Source: a virus
Taxonomy: Duplodnaviria; Caudoviricetes
Direction: 5' to 3' (one strand)
DNA: 34,045 nt
IMG/VR virus record: IMGVR_UViG_3300037634_005747
Coordinates: 1-34,045 of that record
Shown: positions 16,801 through 26,286 of the stretch, in pieces
How positions within the stretch are numbered: the first letter of the stretch is position 1
Layout: each line of letters opens with the position of its first letter
Notes under the pieces: model-generated
What the model saw: only the letters and a program-made list of their open reading frames with translations
Database searches by the model: none
What the model was told of the DNA's origin: nothing
Translations under genes and position numbers: made by a program

Positions 16801-19800
16801 TTTATAAACTCAATATACGATTCTCAAAAAAGATTAGTAACAGATTATACATCATCATGGCAGTCTGGTAAAAATAACGAACTAGGAGAATCAAATCATG
16901 GCGGATCTGAAGATTTCATATATCAAATAAAAGATGCGAATGTAACATCTTCGTTAGAGTCTCAGTCTGAAAATGGAATAAATAAAGCGGCTCAACAAGA
17001 AGGTACTGTAACAGTTCATGATACTCCGGCAACACAAATAACAAATATAAGATATCAAACAGAAACGTTTGGTTATTCTAAAGAACCATCTACAAATACT
17101 ACTAGAAAGGTATTATATGGTGTTGCTCATAAAACTAATGAAGATTCTTCAAGTTATGAAAATCATGATTCTGCTTCATTATATGCATCGCAATCAGTAA
17201 CACGATTCCGTGTATTAGCAACAATTACAGAACCAATAGGTCCTTTACATACAGCATCGCGATTTGAAAAAGCATGGACAGCAGGTAATGAATCACCAAT
17301 AACTAAGGTAATACATTTTAGTACCGCATCTACAGATACGGCATCATCTGACATTGCATATAATACATCAAATCAATTAGTTGTTCATTATACATCATCA
17401 TGGTTAGGTGAAGAATTAGCATCAAACAACTTTAATACTGGTGAGACTTGGAAATATACTTCCGGTTCAATTTTACATGAACCTACGAATGAATTAGGAT
17501 TCACAACCGCTAGTGGTGAATCCACTACTGTGACGGTGTTTGATACTCAGCCAACCATATTTTCAAACTTTAAAACAGAAACTGAAACATTCGGTTATTC
17601 GGAAATTCCTATTCAAGAAATAAATCGTACGGTATTATATGGAAATACTACAACAGATATTGATTCAGCATCATACGAATCTCATGCAAATTCCGGAAGC
17701 TATGCTTCTCAATCTGTTGCAAGATTTCGAGTATTGGCAACCATAACTGAACCAGTAGGTCCTTTGCAGCATACTGCATCTGTTATCGAGAAAATGTTTA
17801 ATAATGATGCTACTAAAACTGAAACAATATCATTTGGTACTGCATCAGCCGGGTTTGAAGCATCTCGATCATTCTTCACAGAAGTTGGAGAATTTGTAAC
17901 TGAATATACTTCATCTTGGATTGGAAAAGCGTTAGCACCTGATACCTGGAGCATATCAACTGGTTCAGTAACGCATGACCCTGCTGGAGAAAATTCTGCA
18001 AATTCAAGTTCATTTACTAGTACAACAATGATAGTTAATAATACAAGCCAAACAGCTATATCTGATATTGTATACGAAACAGAAACATTTGGATATTCGG
18101 AAGTAGAAAGTGTAAATACTACTAGAAAGGTATTGTATGGAGTACCACATCATACAACTGCAGATACTAGTAGTTTGTCTTGGAAAAATTACGATTCTGC
18201 TTCATTATATGCATCGCAATCAGTATCGCGATTTAGAATAAGAGCTCGTATTATTGAACCGATAGGACCTTTACATACAGCATCACGTTTTGAAAAAGTT
18301 TGGACTGCACCTGGAGAGACATCATTAAATGATACAATTCATTTTAGTACCGCATCTACAGATACAGCATCTGCTACATTTACATATAATTCTTCAAATG
18401 AATTTGTATCATTATATACATCATCTTGGATAGGAGTACAATTATCATCATCAGACTTTAATTCTGGTAAACAATGGAAATATACTTCTGGATCAATTTT
18501 ACATAAACCTACCGGAGAAACAGGATTTACAACAGCATCTGGTGATTCGACAACCGTAACAGTGTTTGATACTCAACCAACCGTATTTTCAAACTTTAAA
18601 ACAGAAACTGAAACGTTTGGTCATTCTAATATACCAATACAGATATCTGGAAGAACTGTATTATATGGAAATACTACCACAGATATCAATTCTGCATCAT
18701 ATGAATCTCATGCAAATTCTGGTTCATATGCATCGCATTCTGTTGCAAGAACACGAATGTTAATAACTATTACAGAGCCAGTAGGTCCTTTGCAGCATAC
18801 TGCATCTGTTATCGAGAAAATGTTTAATAATGAAGCCGAAAAAACTGAAACTATTAGCTTTGGTACTGCCTCCTCCGGGTTTGAAGCATCTCGATCATTC
18901 TTCACAGAAGTAGGAGAATTTGTAACTGAATATACTTCATCTTGGATCGGAAAAACATTAGCACCTGATACCTGGAGCATATCAACTGGTTCGGTAGTAC
19001 ATGATCCGTACGGAGAAAATTCTGCAAATTCAAGTTCATTTACTGCTACGACTTTAACAGTGACAGATACTCTGCCTACACAAATTGATCATGTTGTTTA
19101 TGAAACAGAAATAGTAGGTTATTCAGAAGAAGGTAGTACTGATGCAATGCGTACGGTGTTATATGGAGTACCTCATCATACATTACCAGATTCATCTTCA
19201 TTTGAATATCATGATAAAGTAGATGAATATGCCCAGCAATCTGTAACAAGATTTAGAATACGTGCTCGTATTATTGAACCAGTTGGTCCTTTACATACAG
19301 CATCGCTATTTGAAAAAGTATGGACAAACAGTAGTGATAATCAAGCATTTAGTTCTTCAATACATTTTAGTTCTGCATCTACAGATACCGCATCTTCCGA
19401 GATTGCATATGATGATCTAGATAGATTAGTTGCACATTACACATCATCATGGATTGGTCAACAATTATCTTCTAGTATTGGTTCTGCTAAAACTTGGACA
19501 TATACTTCTGGAAGCATATTACATGAACCGACCGGGGAAAATAAATTTACAACCGCATCTGGAGATTCAACACAATTGGTAGTTAATGATACTACCAAAA
19601 CTCAAATTGACCAAATTATTTATGAAACAGAAACGTGTGGATATTCGGAAGTAGATAGTAGAAATACATTACGTACAGTATTATACGGCGATCGCCGTGT
19701 TACAAATAAAACTAGTCAAAGCTTATCTTGGGAAACTCATGATTCTGCTTCATTATATGCTTCACATTCAGTAACGCGATTTAAAATGAGAATGCGAATA

Positions 19801-22800
19801 ACAGAACCAGTAGGTCCTTTACATCATATTTCTAATATTGAACAAATAATTAATTCTCCTATATATAGTACTTCAAGTATATTGAATTTTCATACCGGAT
19901 CGACAGATGTATTTGATTCGTCGAGTGCTTATGATAGCTCTAATCGATTAGTAACTAGTTATACATCATCTTATATAGGACATCAATTAAGTGCATCTGC
20001 AAATACATCAGTACAATATACATTTACATCAGGTTCATTTACTCATAATCCTTACGGAGAAACAGGATTTGTATCCGCATCCGGTGTTGCTACTATAATG
20101 ACAGTACATGATACGCCTGCAACTATTATAGATAACATATTATTAGAAACAGAAACTTTTGGATATTCTGGAATAGCTACTCGCGATAGTCAAAGAAAGG
20201 TATTATACGGAGTACCGCATCATACAATTGCAGATACTAGTAGTTTGTCTTGGGAAAATCATGACTCCGCTTCATTATATGCATCGCAGTCAGTAACTCA
20301 ATTCCAATTTAAAGCTCGTATTATCGAACCGATTGGATATCATATTACCGGATCAACAATACAAAAACTTTATTATGCTACAGACACCGGAACATTGGCT
20401 CGTGTATCTGACATGAATAGTTTAGGAGAAGTATTGAGTGTAACTCCGACTCAAGACGAAGATATGACAGAATTATTTGATGGCGCTACTGATGCAAATG
20501 TCAATTTAAGTGATAGTAACACTACAATTGTATGGAAATTTGAAACTCCACGTCGTATACAGCAAATAATAATTAAATCTAATTGGACCTTAGGTATATC
20601 AGTTCCAATGAAAATTTACGGAAGTACTGACAATTTGAATTATTCGTTAATTGGAAATAGTTCTGTTTCTGATCATGATGTTATAAGTGATACGTTAAAT
20701 GTATCAACTCCAATATCTTATTATAAAATAGAAATAGAGGATACAGATTTATACGGTATATCTGAAATTGAATTTTACGAATTAGAATTATCAGAAACAT
20801 CAGTAACTGATAATATTGTTCTTGATACGTCAAAACCAAACAATTTTGAATCATCGAGTTCTATATATAATTCAGATGGAAATTTAGTTTCTGAATATAC
20901 ATCATCCTGGATAGGACAACAATTATCATCTTCAAATTTTGATACCGGAACAAATTGGATATATACAATAGGCCAAATAACACATGAACCAGTTGATGAA
21001 AGCGTAGTGGTATTAAATACTGCTATAATAAAATCAGCATCGATCAACATAAAAGATACCCAACCAACCTTATTCTCAAACTTTAAAACAGAGACTGAAA
21101 CGTTTGGCCATTCAAATATACCTGCACAAAATAGTACTCGTACAGTGTTATATGGAAATACTACCACAGATATCAATTCTGCATCATACGAATCGCACGT
21201 GAATTCTGGTTCATATGCATCACATTCTGTTGCAAGATTCCGTATAACCGCAACTATAACAGAACCGGTAGGACCTTTACATCATACTGCATCAGTTATT
21301 GAAAAAATGTTTAACGACGATGCTACCAAAACTGAAACAATATCATTTGGTACTGCATCAGCCGGGTTTGAAACATCTCGATCATTCTTCACAGAAGTTG
21401 GAGAATTTGTAACTGAATATACCACATCATTTGAAGGAAAGGCGTTAGCACCTGATACATGGAGCATATCAACTACTGTAAAACATGATCCGTACGGAGA
21501 AAATTCTGCAAATTCAAGTTCATTCACTCCCACGACAATGATAGTAAATGATACGACACCAACTGCAATTACTAATATTGTATATGAAACAGAGACATTT
21601 GGGTATTCAGAAACAGGAAGTACTGATGCAATGCGTACGGTATTATATGGCGTACCTAGACATACTACAGCAGATTCGGCTTCATTTGAAAATCATGATT
21701 CTGCATCTGTATATGCATCTCATTCAGTATCACGATTCCGTATATTAACTACTATAACTGAACCGTTAGGTCCATTACATACAAGTTCTTTATTTACAGA
21801 AGAATGGTCAGAGCCAGGTGGTGATGAAATATTTACAAATTCACGAATATTTTCAACGGCATCAACTGATACTGCGTCATCTGAAATTGCATATGATAGC
21901 CAAGATAGATTAGTATCTCATTACACATCATCATGGATTGGTCGGCAGTTATCATCAAGTGATAATTCATCATTGACATGGAAATATACTTCCGGAAGTA
22001 TAACACATACACCGGATGATTTGAGTGGATTTGTAACAACGTCTGGTGAGTCAACTCAATTGGTAGTAAATGATACCGCAGCACCAATTATAAAAAATGT
22101 TAGAATTGAATATGAATCATTTGGTGGTTCTAATATTGGTAGACAAAATATTGCAAATTTAGATAATAATGCTTCTGACGTTTCAAGATCTATATTATAT
22201 GGTGAAACATTGACTAGAGCTAATACAACTGGATTAGATGGACATCCTGGTATATATTCTACGTCATCAATGTTACAATTCCGTATTTTAGCAGATATAG
22301 AAGAACCAGTAGGACCATTACATCATACGGCATCTATATTAACTCAAATAAATAAATCAAATCATACAGCATTTGATGGATCAACGGGGACATCTCTTAA
22401 GATAGCAAGTCCAGTATTTAGTACATCATCTGCAGATATATATTATTCTCAATCTGCATATGATCCTGATACAAGCCAATTAAAAGTATCATATACATCA
22501 TCATGGATAGGATTAGCATTACCTAATAATTCGCATGACGTGGATACCGATATTTCCACATATTACGCAAATATATGGCATGGTTATCATCATAATGCAT
22601 TTAATCCGGATAGTACAATAGACGCAATTCCAGATGATGGTTATGCTCATGGATTACATCCTTCTGGAGAAAATGCAGCAACGACAATTGATCCTACTGG
22701 AATTACCAATTTAATGCACCCAGCTGCGTGGTCGAATCCAAATATATATTTAACATCGGCATCATCATGGTTTACAGTATCAGCTTCAAAACCGTTAGAA

Positions 22801-25800
22801 GTTTCAAATGCAAAAGTAGAAATTGAAACATTTTATAGTTCTTCCGAAGGAGAATATAACGGTACCACCGGTGTAACCAGAACATTATTATACGGATTCA
22901 ATCGTACCATATCTGCTTCTGATGCAGATACAATAGGTGATATCTGGTCTGGTAGTGCTGCAGTACGAGTACGAGTATTAACAAGTATAACTGAGCCAAT
23001 TGGTTTTGCTCATTTCCCAACTGAATTTACCATGTCAGTAATTGGCGAAGAAACCAAACAGCATGGATTTGCATTGCATACCGCTAGTTTAGATACTTCA
23101 AGTAGATCAGATCGATTGCTTAATAATAATGGGCAATTTGTAACACATTACACATCGTCATTTAATGATACTTTTACTTTTGCAGCCGGGGACTATGGCA
23201 TTGGATTAATTGTCAACACTAGTAGCGCTGTAATAGGAACTTACGCAGATACAGATTTCACCGGAGATGGTTTAAATAAATCAATTGAATCGCAACAAAA
23301 CTTAACAATTGCTCCTTCACCAGCAACCGCAATTACAAATCTTCGTATTGAAGCTGAAACAGTATCCGGTTCTGGTATAGGAACAGCTGCTCGTACCACC
23401 ACAATACTGCATGGTAACACTGTAACGGAAGCAACTAAATCGATAAATGCCGGATATCCAACTGAAACTGCGAGACAACAATTAACAAGCGTAAGGCTGT
23501 TAGCAGATATCGCTGAACCATTTGGACCACATCATACCGCAAGTGTATTTACAATTAACGGATATAATGGCAATTCACATACTATAAGATTTAATACAGG
23601 ATCTACAGATGTATCAAGTTCCGTAACATCTTCATGGTATGCAGTTGATGGGAATCAATCCACATCATACACATCATCATTTGTACCTATTGAAATGGCG
23701 CAAGGTGTAAAAACTTTGACGGTTAGTAACATTGATCATGAATTTAAACATAAAAATACAGATATATCAACTTTTTCGCAGACAACACCAACTGATAGTA
23801 TTATAACAGTAATAGGACCACGTACCGCATCTGTATTCGTAACACCACAGACTGGATCATCATTCTTTTCATCATCGGTAGATATTGACAAATATGTGAC
23901 ATATGATTCTGCAAATGATATAGTAGTAGATATTATATCTGGTATATCAGCATCCGCACCACCAATAACATCAGAAAGTATATTAACATTCCCTCAATAT
24001 TTGAACATATTATATACCGAATTAGAGAGTGAATTATCATTTTCTCCAGTTACTGGCGATTCAGGTAATGAAGATACCGGTTCATTAACAATATCAAATG
24101 CTAGTATGGACGATTTTACCGAAGTAAAAGAATTCACTATAAACGTGTCAGGATCGGATATATTACCTGGTAGTGGTTCATCTGGCAATTCTTCTTTAAC
24201 ATTCTCAGTTATTCCTGCCAGACCACAAAGCATGGATGGAGCATATTGGAGCTCAGCTAAAGCTAATTTGTTTAGTTCACATGATTCAACCGGAGAACCA
24301 TATGGCGATTCCGGTATAAGTTTACCTCAAGTCAACTCTAATACAAGACGATTATACGAAGGTTCATTAGCCGATGGATTAGGTACAAATGCATATGGAC
24401 CAGGAGATGCTCCCGGATCTGTTGTTACTAATATTGTAATGGCCAAAGATACTCCTACGGGACCAACAAATTACACAATGTCATTTACACCAATATCACA
24501 AAATGCAACCGGAAATTATGGAGACAATGATCGATTATTTGATCATGGAGATTCTGGATCATTAATTGTGCGAATTAATGGTGTTGAAGTTGTAAATGCT
24601 AACCTGCAAAGTAATTTTGACCATCAAGTTAAAGATACAAGTCAAACAATATCAGGTTACAATATCGGAGGATTTTCAGCAGGTACTACATCATTTACTG
24701 GAACACATGCCGGAAAAGGAAGATTAATTTTAACTCGAGTTGAACCATTTAATGGTGTATCCCAAAATATATCAGCAGCCGGAGTACATTATCCTAACGG
24801 ATATCAAGGTTGGTCAGCTCGTATTGAATTGGATGCCAAGTTAAATGAAGGTTACAATAAACTTGATTTTAGTCATTCATTTGATGATGATACATCTCAG
24901 AAATGGACAGCATTTGACTGGTATTATGATGATGGAGTACATGAACCAGCAATTTCACCAGACCCAGATTTAAGATATTCGTGGTCAGGAACAGGTACAG
25001 AACCAACCATTAGTTTATCTGGAGTAAGTTTTATAGATGCAGGTGCACCATTTACAGCATCAGTTGAAGCCAGTATTATCAACGTTGTGGCACAGACTTA
25101 TCGCGAATCTGATGGTAGTACCGATTATATATTACATGTTTCTGAAGCTTCTGACCAATTAGAAATTGCTCCACCAGGTGAAGGATATCAAACATCATAT
25201 GATATTACATTAGACAATGCCAATGATTTAAACGGGTTTAGATTTGGTGAAGGGCAAATTCCATTTAAAAATGAAACCGCTAGTCTAGATATTATTGCAG
25301 AAGCATCAGGTATCGCAAATACCGAGTTAGGAGTAGTGTTATCAGCAAATTTAGCTCCTTATCATAGAAACTTTGATTCAGCAAATGATTGGACCGAGCA
25401 AGGCGCCACATCAATCAATGTTGGTAGATTTATAGATATAAGTGCTATAGGAACTGTTGCATCAACAACTGAAAGAGAATATTTTTATTCAGAAGAATAT
25501 CGATGGAGTAGTCATTCCATGGAAATGTTGAGTACTCAACCCGATCCTGGTAATTTATCAGGAGCAAATGTAACTAGTAATGTGCAATGGTGGATTGATC
25601 CTTCAAAATCAGATTACAATTCATATACAAGTATTTTAAATACTGATGATCTTCAAGTGCAATGGAATGGAGAATTAAAATATCCTACTGATAACTATGT
25701 AACCAAAATACCAAATGAAGTAGATTATTCTACCGCTAATAGTCAAGGAGATAGATATTATTACAGAGCATTTTTTATAGGCCGATCAACCGGAAATTTA

Positions 25801-26253
25801 AGAAATTTATATGTATACGTTAAAGGCGACTTTACTCGAAGAGATATATTTGCAACTGATCCAGGTACTGCAGAACAACCAAATGGTACTGGTGTACCAG
25901 ATAATATTGATGCATTGCCAATACGAATAGATGTTAAATTACCAGGTCCAATTTCAGGTAATCAGAATGGTACTTCGCCAGGTACAGAATGGGGAGTAAT
26001 AACCGGAGGTTCTGGAGGTGGATCTGCACCAAATACAGAAAATTGGGTAAGTTCGACAAGTATATATTATCCTGCAGGTACTGTAACTGATAACGGTACA
26101 ACTGTACCTGCAGGGACTCATGCGATACGAATGAATTTTGGTGCATGGAACTTGGCACAAACAGGCGGCGTTATTTTAGTTAGAATTCGTTTAAAGTCAT
26201 CTGGATTTGTAAGTTCTGATCGCATATCAGAGATATTTTTTGAAACGGATTAA
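13834..26253 (+). CDS. Giant repeat-containing virion protein (fibre or adhesin-like), 4139 aa
   Basis: Uninterrupted 12.4-kb ORF; about 16 repeats marked by ETETFGYS...RTVLYG...EP.GP.H...YTSSWIG; an inserted discoidin-like domain; non-repeat N- and C-terminal regions. Confidence 0.85.
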   Translation: MAGKHIFSSSQWVQSGSTAEFKNGINVTGTVQADSFIGDGSNLTGIGTAVFFAGSGSGISGSPASSVDHVTELDAGAGATASAGYYRIETTSSADFNPNHFVFVKLTNQFETLQSGSEDFYVGVDRTDPPDSQGNAPFTNDLAPGVHRYIVYATDTGSAGSTQAVYTSAFIKGYVNVPPQIIAPVQSDAVRQIAHDANSLNYVMNFTASEEPNLDQGDFIRIFSASRLTTDPTAVETTVPNYALTMTHPDSNIPDSSILIATGTFDESGDYADQPGAGANASAIPNSQLFFSASITNYDVTSGTNDRIVNITTMQPCEENFEMTMFDNWYIFQSSSIEYSMSIVPPNTASINNIRLEFESGSYTGYATQSYRTTVLYDDVITRDNIDTLPNRYTSSLVRVAVMADITEPADYDPDPLHFTTVKIFSGSDVHLRLQSDSGIPRRHFQLFRFSGSTATGLFRATASTFLAPGADLLLSNVGGYSPTHSLGFTAFALSPQTFNYGFSGRASDLANTNYIAHGDYQHFSAQTGSVASLIIDPVPDIEISNIRVEVESGSFLTGEGAFERTASVLYGFTSSLQVTETSSLEGYEKSAEYISESVVRLRLLATVIEPFGPHHTKMISTLETSASSHPHSHVFEFHTGSGATHTASSEIAYDNQNRLVGHYTSSWINFNLKPGEYTFSASFDSATNAGRTITPGTYSEVSVSNTPATQITNIVYETETYGYSETGSTDTIRTVLYGVPRHTLANSSSFENHDSASVYASHSISRFRVLTDITEPFGPHHTASRFEKVWTAPGETSLNDIIHFSTASTDTASSAIDYDSSNRLFARYTSSWIGRQLSSSDNSSLTWKYTSGSITHTPDDLSGFTTASGLSTQLVVHDTDQIQLTNRIIEFEEHGYSASNEDGSTGETETSRTVLYGENHQISGISSSFENHIKADQYASQSVLRYRVKFKVTEPVGPAVGTIQIPIQRGIVPTYPIKTATTGSSDFLFINSIYDSQKRLVTDYTSSWQSGKNNELGESNHGGSEDFIYQIKDANVTSSLESQSENGINKAAQQEGTVTVHDTPATQITNIRYQTETFGYSKEPSTNTTRKVLYGVAHKTNEDSSSYENHDSASLYASQSVTRFRVLATITEPIGPLHTASRFEKAWTAGNESPITKVIHFSTASTDTASSDIAYNTSNQLVVHYTSSWLGEELASNNFNTGETWKYTSGSILHEPTNELGFTTASGESTTVTVFDTQPTIFSNFKTETETFGYSEIPIQEINRTVLYGNTTTDIDSASYESHANSGSYASQSVARFRVLATITEPVGPLQHTASVIEKMFNNDATKTETISFGTASAGFEASRSFFTEVGEFVTEYTSSWIGKALAPDTWSISTGSVTHDPAGENSANSSSFTSTTMIVNNTSQTAISDIVYETETFGYSEVESVNTTRKVLYGVPHHTTADTSSLSWKNYDSASLYASQSVSRFRIRARIIEPIGPLHTASRFEKVWTAPGETSLNDTIHFSTASTDTASATFTYNSSNEFVSLYTSSWIGVQLSSSDFNSGKQWKYTSGSILHKPTGETGFTTASGDSTTVTVFDTQPTVFSNFKTETETFGHSNIPIQISGRTVLYGNTTTDINSASYESHANSGSYASHSVARTRMLITITEPVGPLQHTASVIEKMFNNEAEKTETISFGTASSGFEASRSFFTEVGEFVTEYTSSWIGKTLAPDTWSISTGSVVHDPYGENSANSSSFTATTLTVTDTLPTQIDHVVYETEIVGYSEEGSTDAMRTVLYGVPHHTLPDSSSFEYHDKVDEYAQQSVTRFRIRARIIEPVGPLHTASLFEKVWTNSSDNQAFSSSIHFSSASTDTASSEIAYDDLDRLVAHYTSSWIGQQLSSSIGSAKTWTYTSGSILHEPTGENKFTTASGDSTQLVVNDTTKTQIDQIIYETETCGYSEVDSRNTLRTVLYGDRRVTNKTSQSLSWETHDSASLYASHSVTRFKMRMRITEPVGPLHHISNIEQIINSPIYSTSSILNFHTGSTDVFDSSSAYDSSNRLVTSYTSSYIGHQLSASANTSVQYTFTSGSFTHNPYGETGFVSASGVATIMTVHDTPATIIDNILLETETFGYSGIATRDSQRKVLYGVPHHTIADTSSLSWENHDSASLYASQSVTQFQFKARIIEPIGYHITGSTIQKLYYATDTGTLARVSDMNSLGEVLSVTPTQDEDMTELFDGATDANVNLSDSNTTIVWKFETPRRIQQIIIKSNWTLGISVPMKIYGSTDNLNYSLIGNSSVSDHDVISDTLNVSTPISYYKIEIEDTDLYGISEIEFYELELSETSVTDNIVLDTSKPNNFESSSSIYNSDGNLVSEYTSSWIGQQLSSSNFDTGTNWIYTIGQITHEPVDESVVVLNTAIIKSASINIKDTQPTLFSNFKTETETFGHSNIPAQNSTRTVLYGNTTTDINSASYESHVNSGSYASHSVARFRITATITEPVGPLHHTASVIEKMFNDDATKTETISFGTASAGFETSRSFFTEVGEFVTEYTTSFEGKALAPDTWSISTTVKHDPYGENSANSSSFTPTTMIVNDTTPTAITNIVYETETFGYSETGSTDAMRTVLYGVPRHTTADSASFENHDSASVYASHSVSRFRILTTITEPLGPLHTSSLFTEEWSEPGGDEIFTNSRIFSTASTDTASSEIAYDSQDRLVSHYTSSWIGRQLSSSDNSSLTWKYTSGSITHTPDDLSGFVTTSGESTQLVVNDTAAPIIKNVRIEYESFGGSNIGRQNIANLDNNASDVSRSILYGETLTRANTTGLDGHPGIYSTSSMLQFRILADIEEPVGPLHHTASILTQINKSNHTAFDGSTGTSLKIASPVFSTSSADIYYSQSAYDPDTSQLKVSYTSSWIGLALPNNSHDVDTDISTYYANIWHGYHHNAFNPDSTIDAIPDDGYAHGLHPSGENAATTIDPTGITNLMHPAAWSNPNIYLTSASSWFTVSASKPLEVSNAKVEIETFYSSSEGEYNGTTGVTRTLLYGFNRTISASDADTIGDIWSGSAAVRVRVLTSITEPIGFAHFPTEFTMSVIGEETKQHGFALHTASLDTSSRSDRLLNNNGQFVTHYTSSFNDTFTFAAGDYGIGLIVNTSSAVIGTYADTDFTGDGLNKSIESQQNLTIAPSPATAITNLRIEAETVSGSGIGTAARTTTILHGNTVTEATKSINAGYPTETARQQLTSVRLLADIAEPFGPHHTASVFTINGYNGNSHTIRFNTGSTDVSSSVTSSWYAVDGNQSTSYTSSFVPIEMAQGVKTLTVSNIDHEFKHKNTDISTFSQTTPTDSIITVIGPRTASVFVTPQTGSSFFSSSVDIDKYVTYDSANDIVVDIISGISASAPPITSESILTFPQYLNILYTELESELSFSPVTGDSGNEDTGSLTISNASMDDFTEVKEFTINVSGSDILPGSGSSGNSSLTFSVIPARPQSMDGAYWSSAKANLFSSHDSTGEPYGDSGISLPQVNSNTRRLYEGSLADGLGTNAYGPGDAPGSVVTNIVMAKDTPTGPTNYTMSFTPISQNATGNYGDNDRLFDHGDSGSLIVRINGVEVVNANLQSNFDHQVKDTSQTISGYNIGGFSAGTTSFTGTHAGKGRLILTRVEPFNGVSQNISAAGVHYPNGYQGWSARIELDAKLNEGYNKLDFSHSFDDDTSQKWTAFDWYYDDGVHEPAISPDPDLRYSWSGTGTEPTISLSGVSFIDAGAPFTASVEASIINVVAQTYRESDGSTDYILHVSEASDQLEIAPPGEGYQTSYDITLDNANDLNGFRFGEGQIPFKNETASLDIIAEASGIANTELGVVLSANLAPYHRNFDSANDWTEQGATSINVGRFIDISAIGTVASTTEREYFYSEEYRWSSHSMEMLSTQPDPGNLSGANVTSNVQWWIDPSKSDYNSYTSILNTDDLQVQWNGELKYPTDNYVTKIPNEVDYSTANSQGDRYYYRAFFIGRSTGNLRNLYVYVKGDFTRRDIFATDPGTAEQPNGTGVPDNIDALPIRIDVKLPGPISGNQNGTSPGTEWGVITGGSGGGSAPNTENWVSSTSIYYPAGTVTDNGTTVPAGTHAIRMNFGAWNLAQTGGVILVRIRLKSSGFVSSDRISEIFFETD
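14870..23820 (+). repeat. Array of about 16 degenerate repeats of roughly 170-180 aa (about 500-540 bp)
   Basis: EP.GP anchors near 15055, 15661, 16159, 16696, 17230, 17749, 18256, 18775, 19276, 19804, 20326, 21262, 21760, 22303, 22993 and 23515. Confidence 0.92.
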
Positions 26254-26263
26254 TATTTAATAG

Positions 26264-26271
26264 ATATTTAT
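26264..26271 (+). promoter_or_regulatory. Putative late promoter motif ATATTTAT
   Basis: In the 33-nt gap after the giant gene. Confidence 0.6.
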
Positions 26272-26286
26272 TATAAAGGATAATTA

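Noticed and set aside
14870-23820. Diversity-generating retroelement (template and variable repeats)
   Set aside because: No reverse transcriptase is in the window, the repeats are all in-frame coding, and the differences between copies are not adenine-specific.
13834-26253. Tape measure protein or bacterial secreted adhesin/RTX protein
   Set aside because: The sequence is beta-type and Ser/Thr-rich rather than helical and Ala-rich. It has no signal peptide, RTX nonapeptide or recognisable secretion C-terminal domain, and the context is a phage structural operon.
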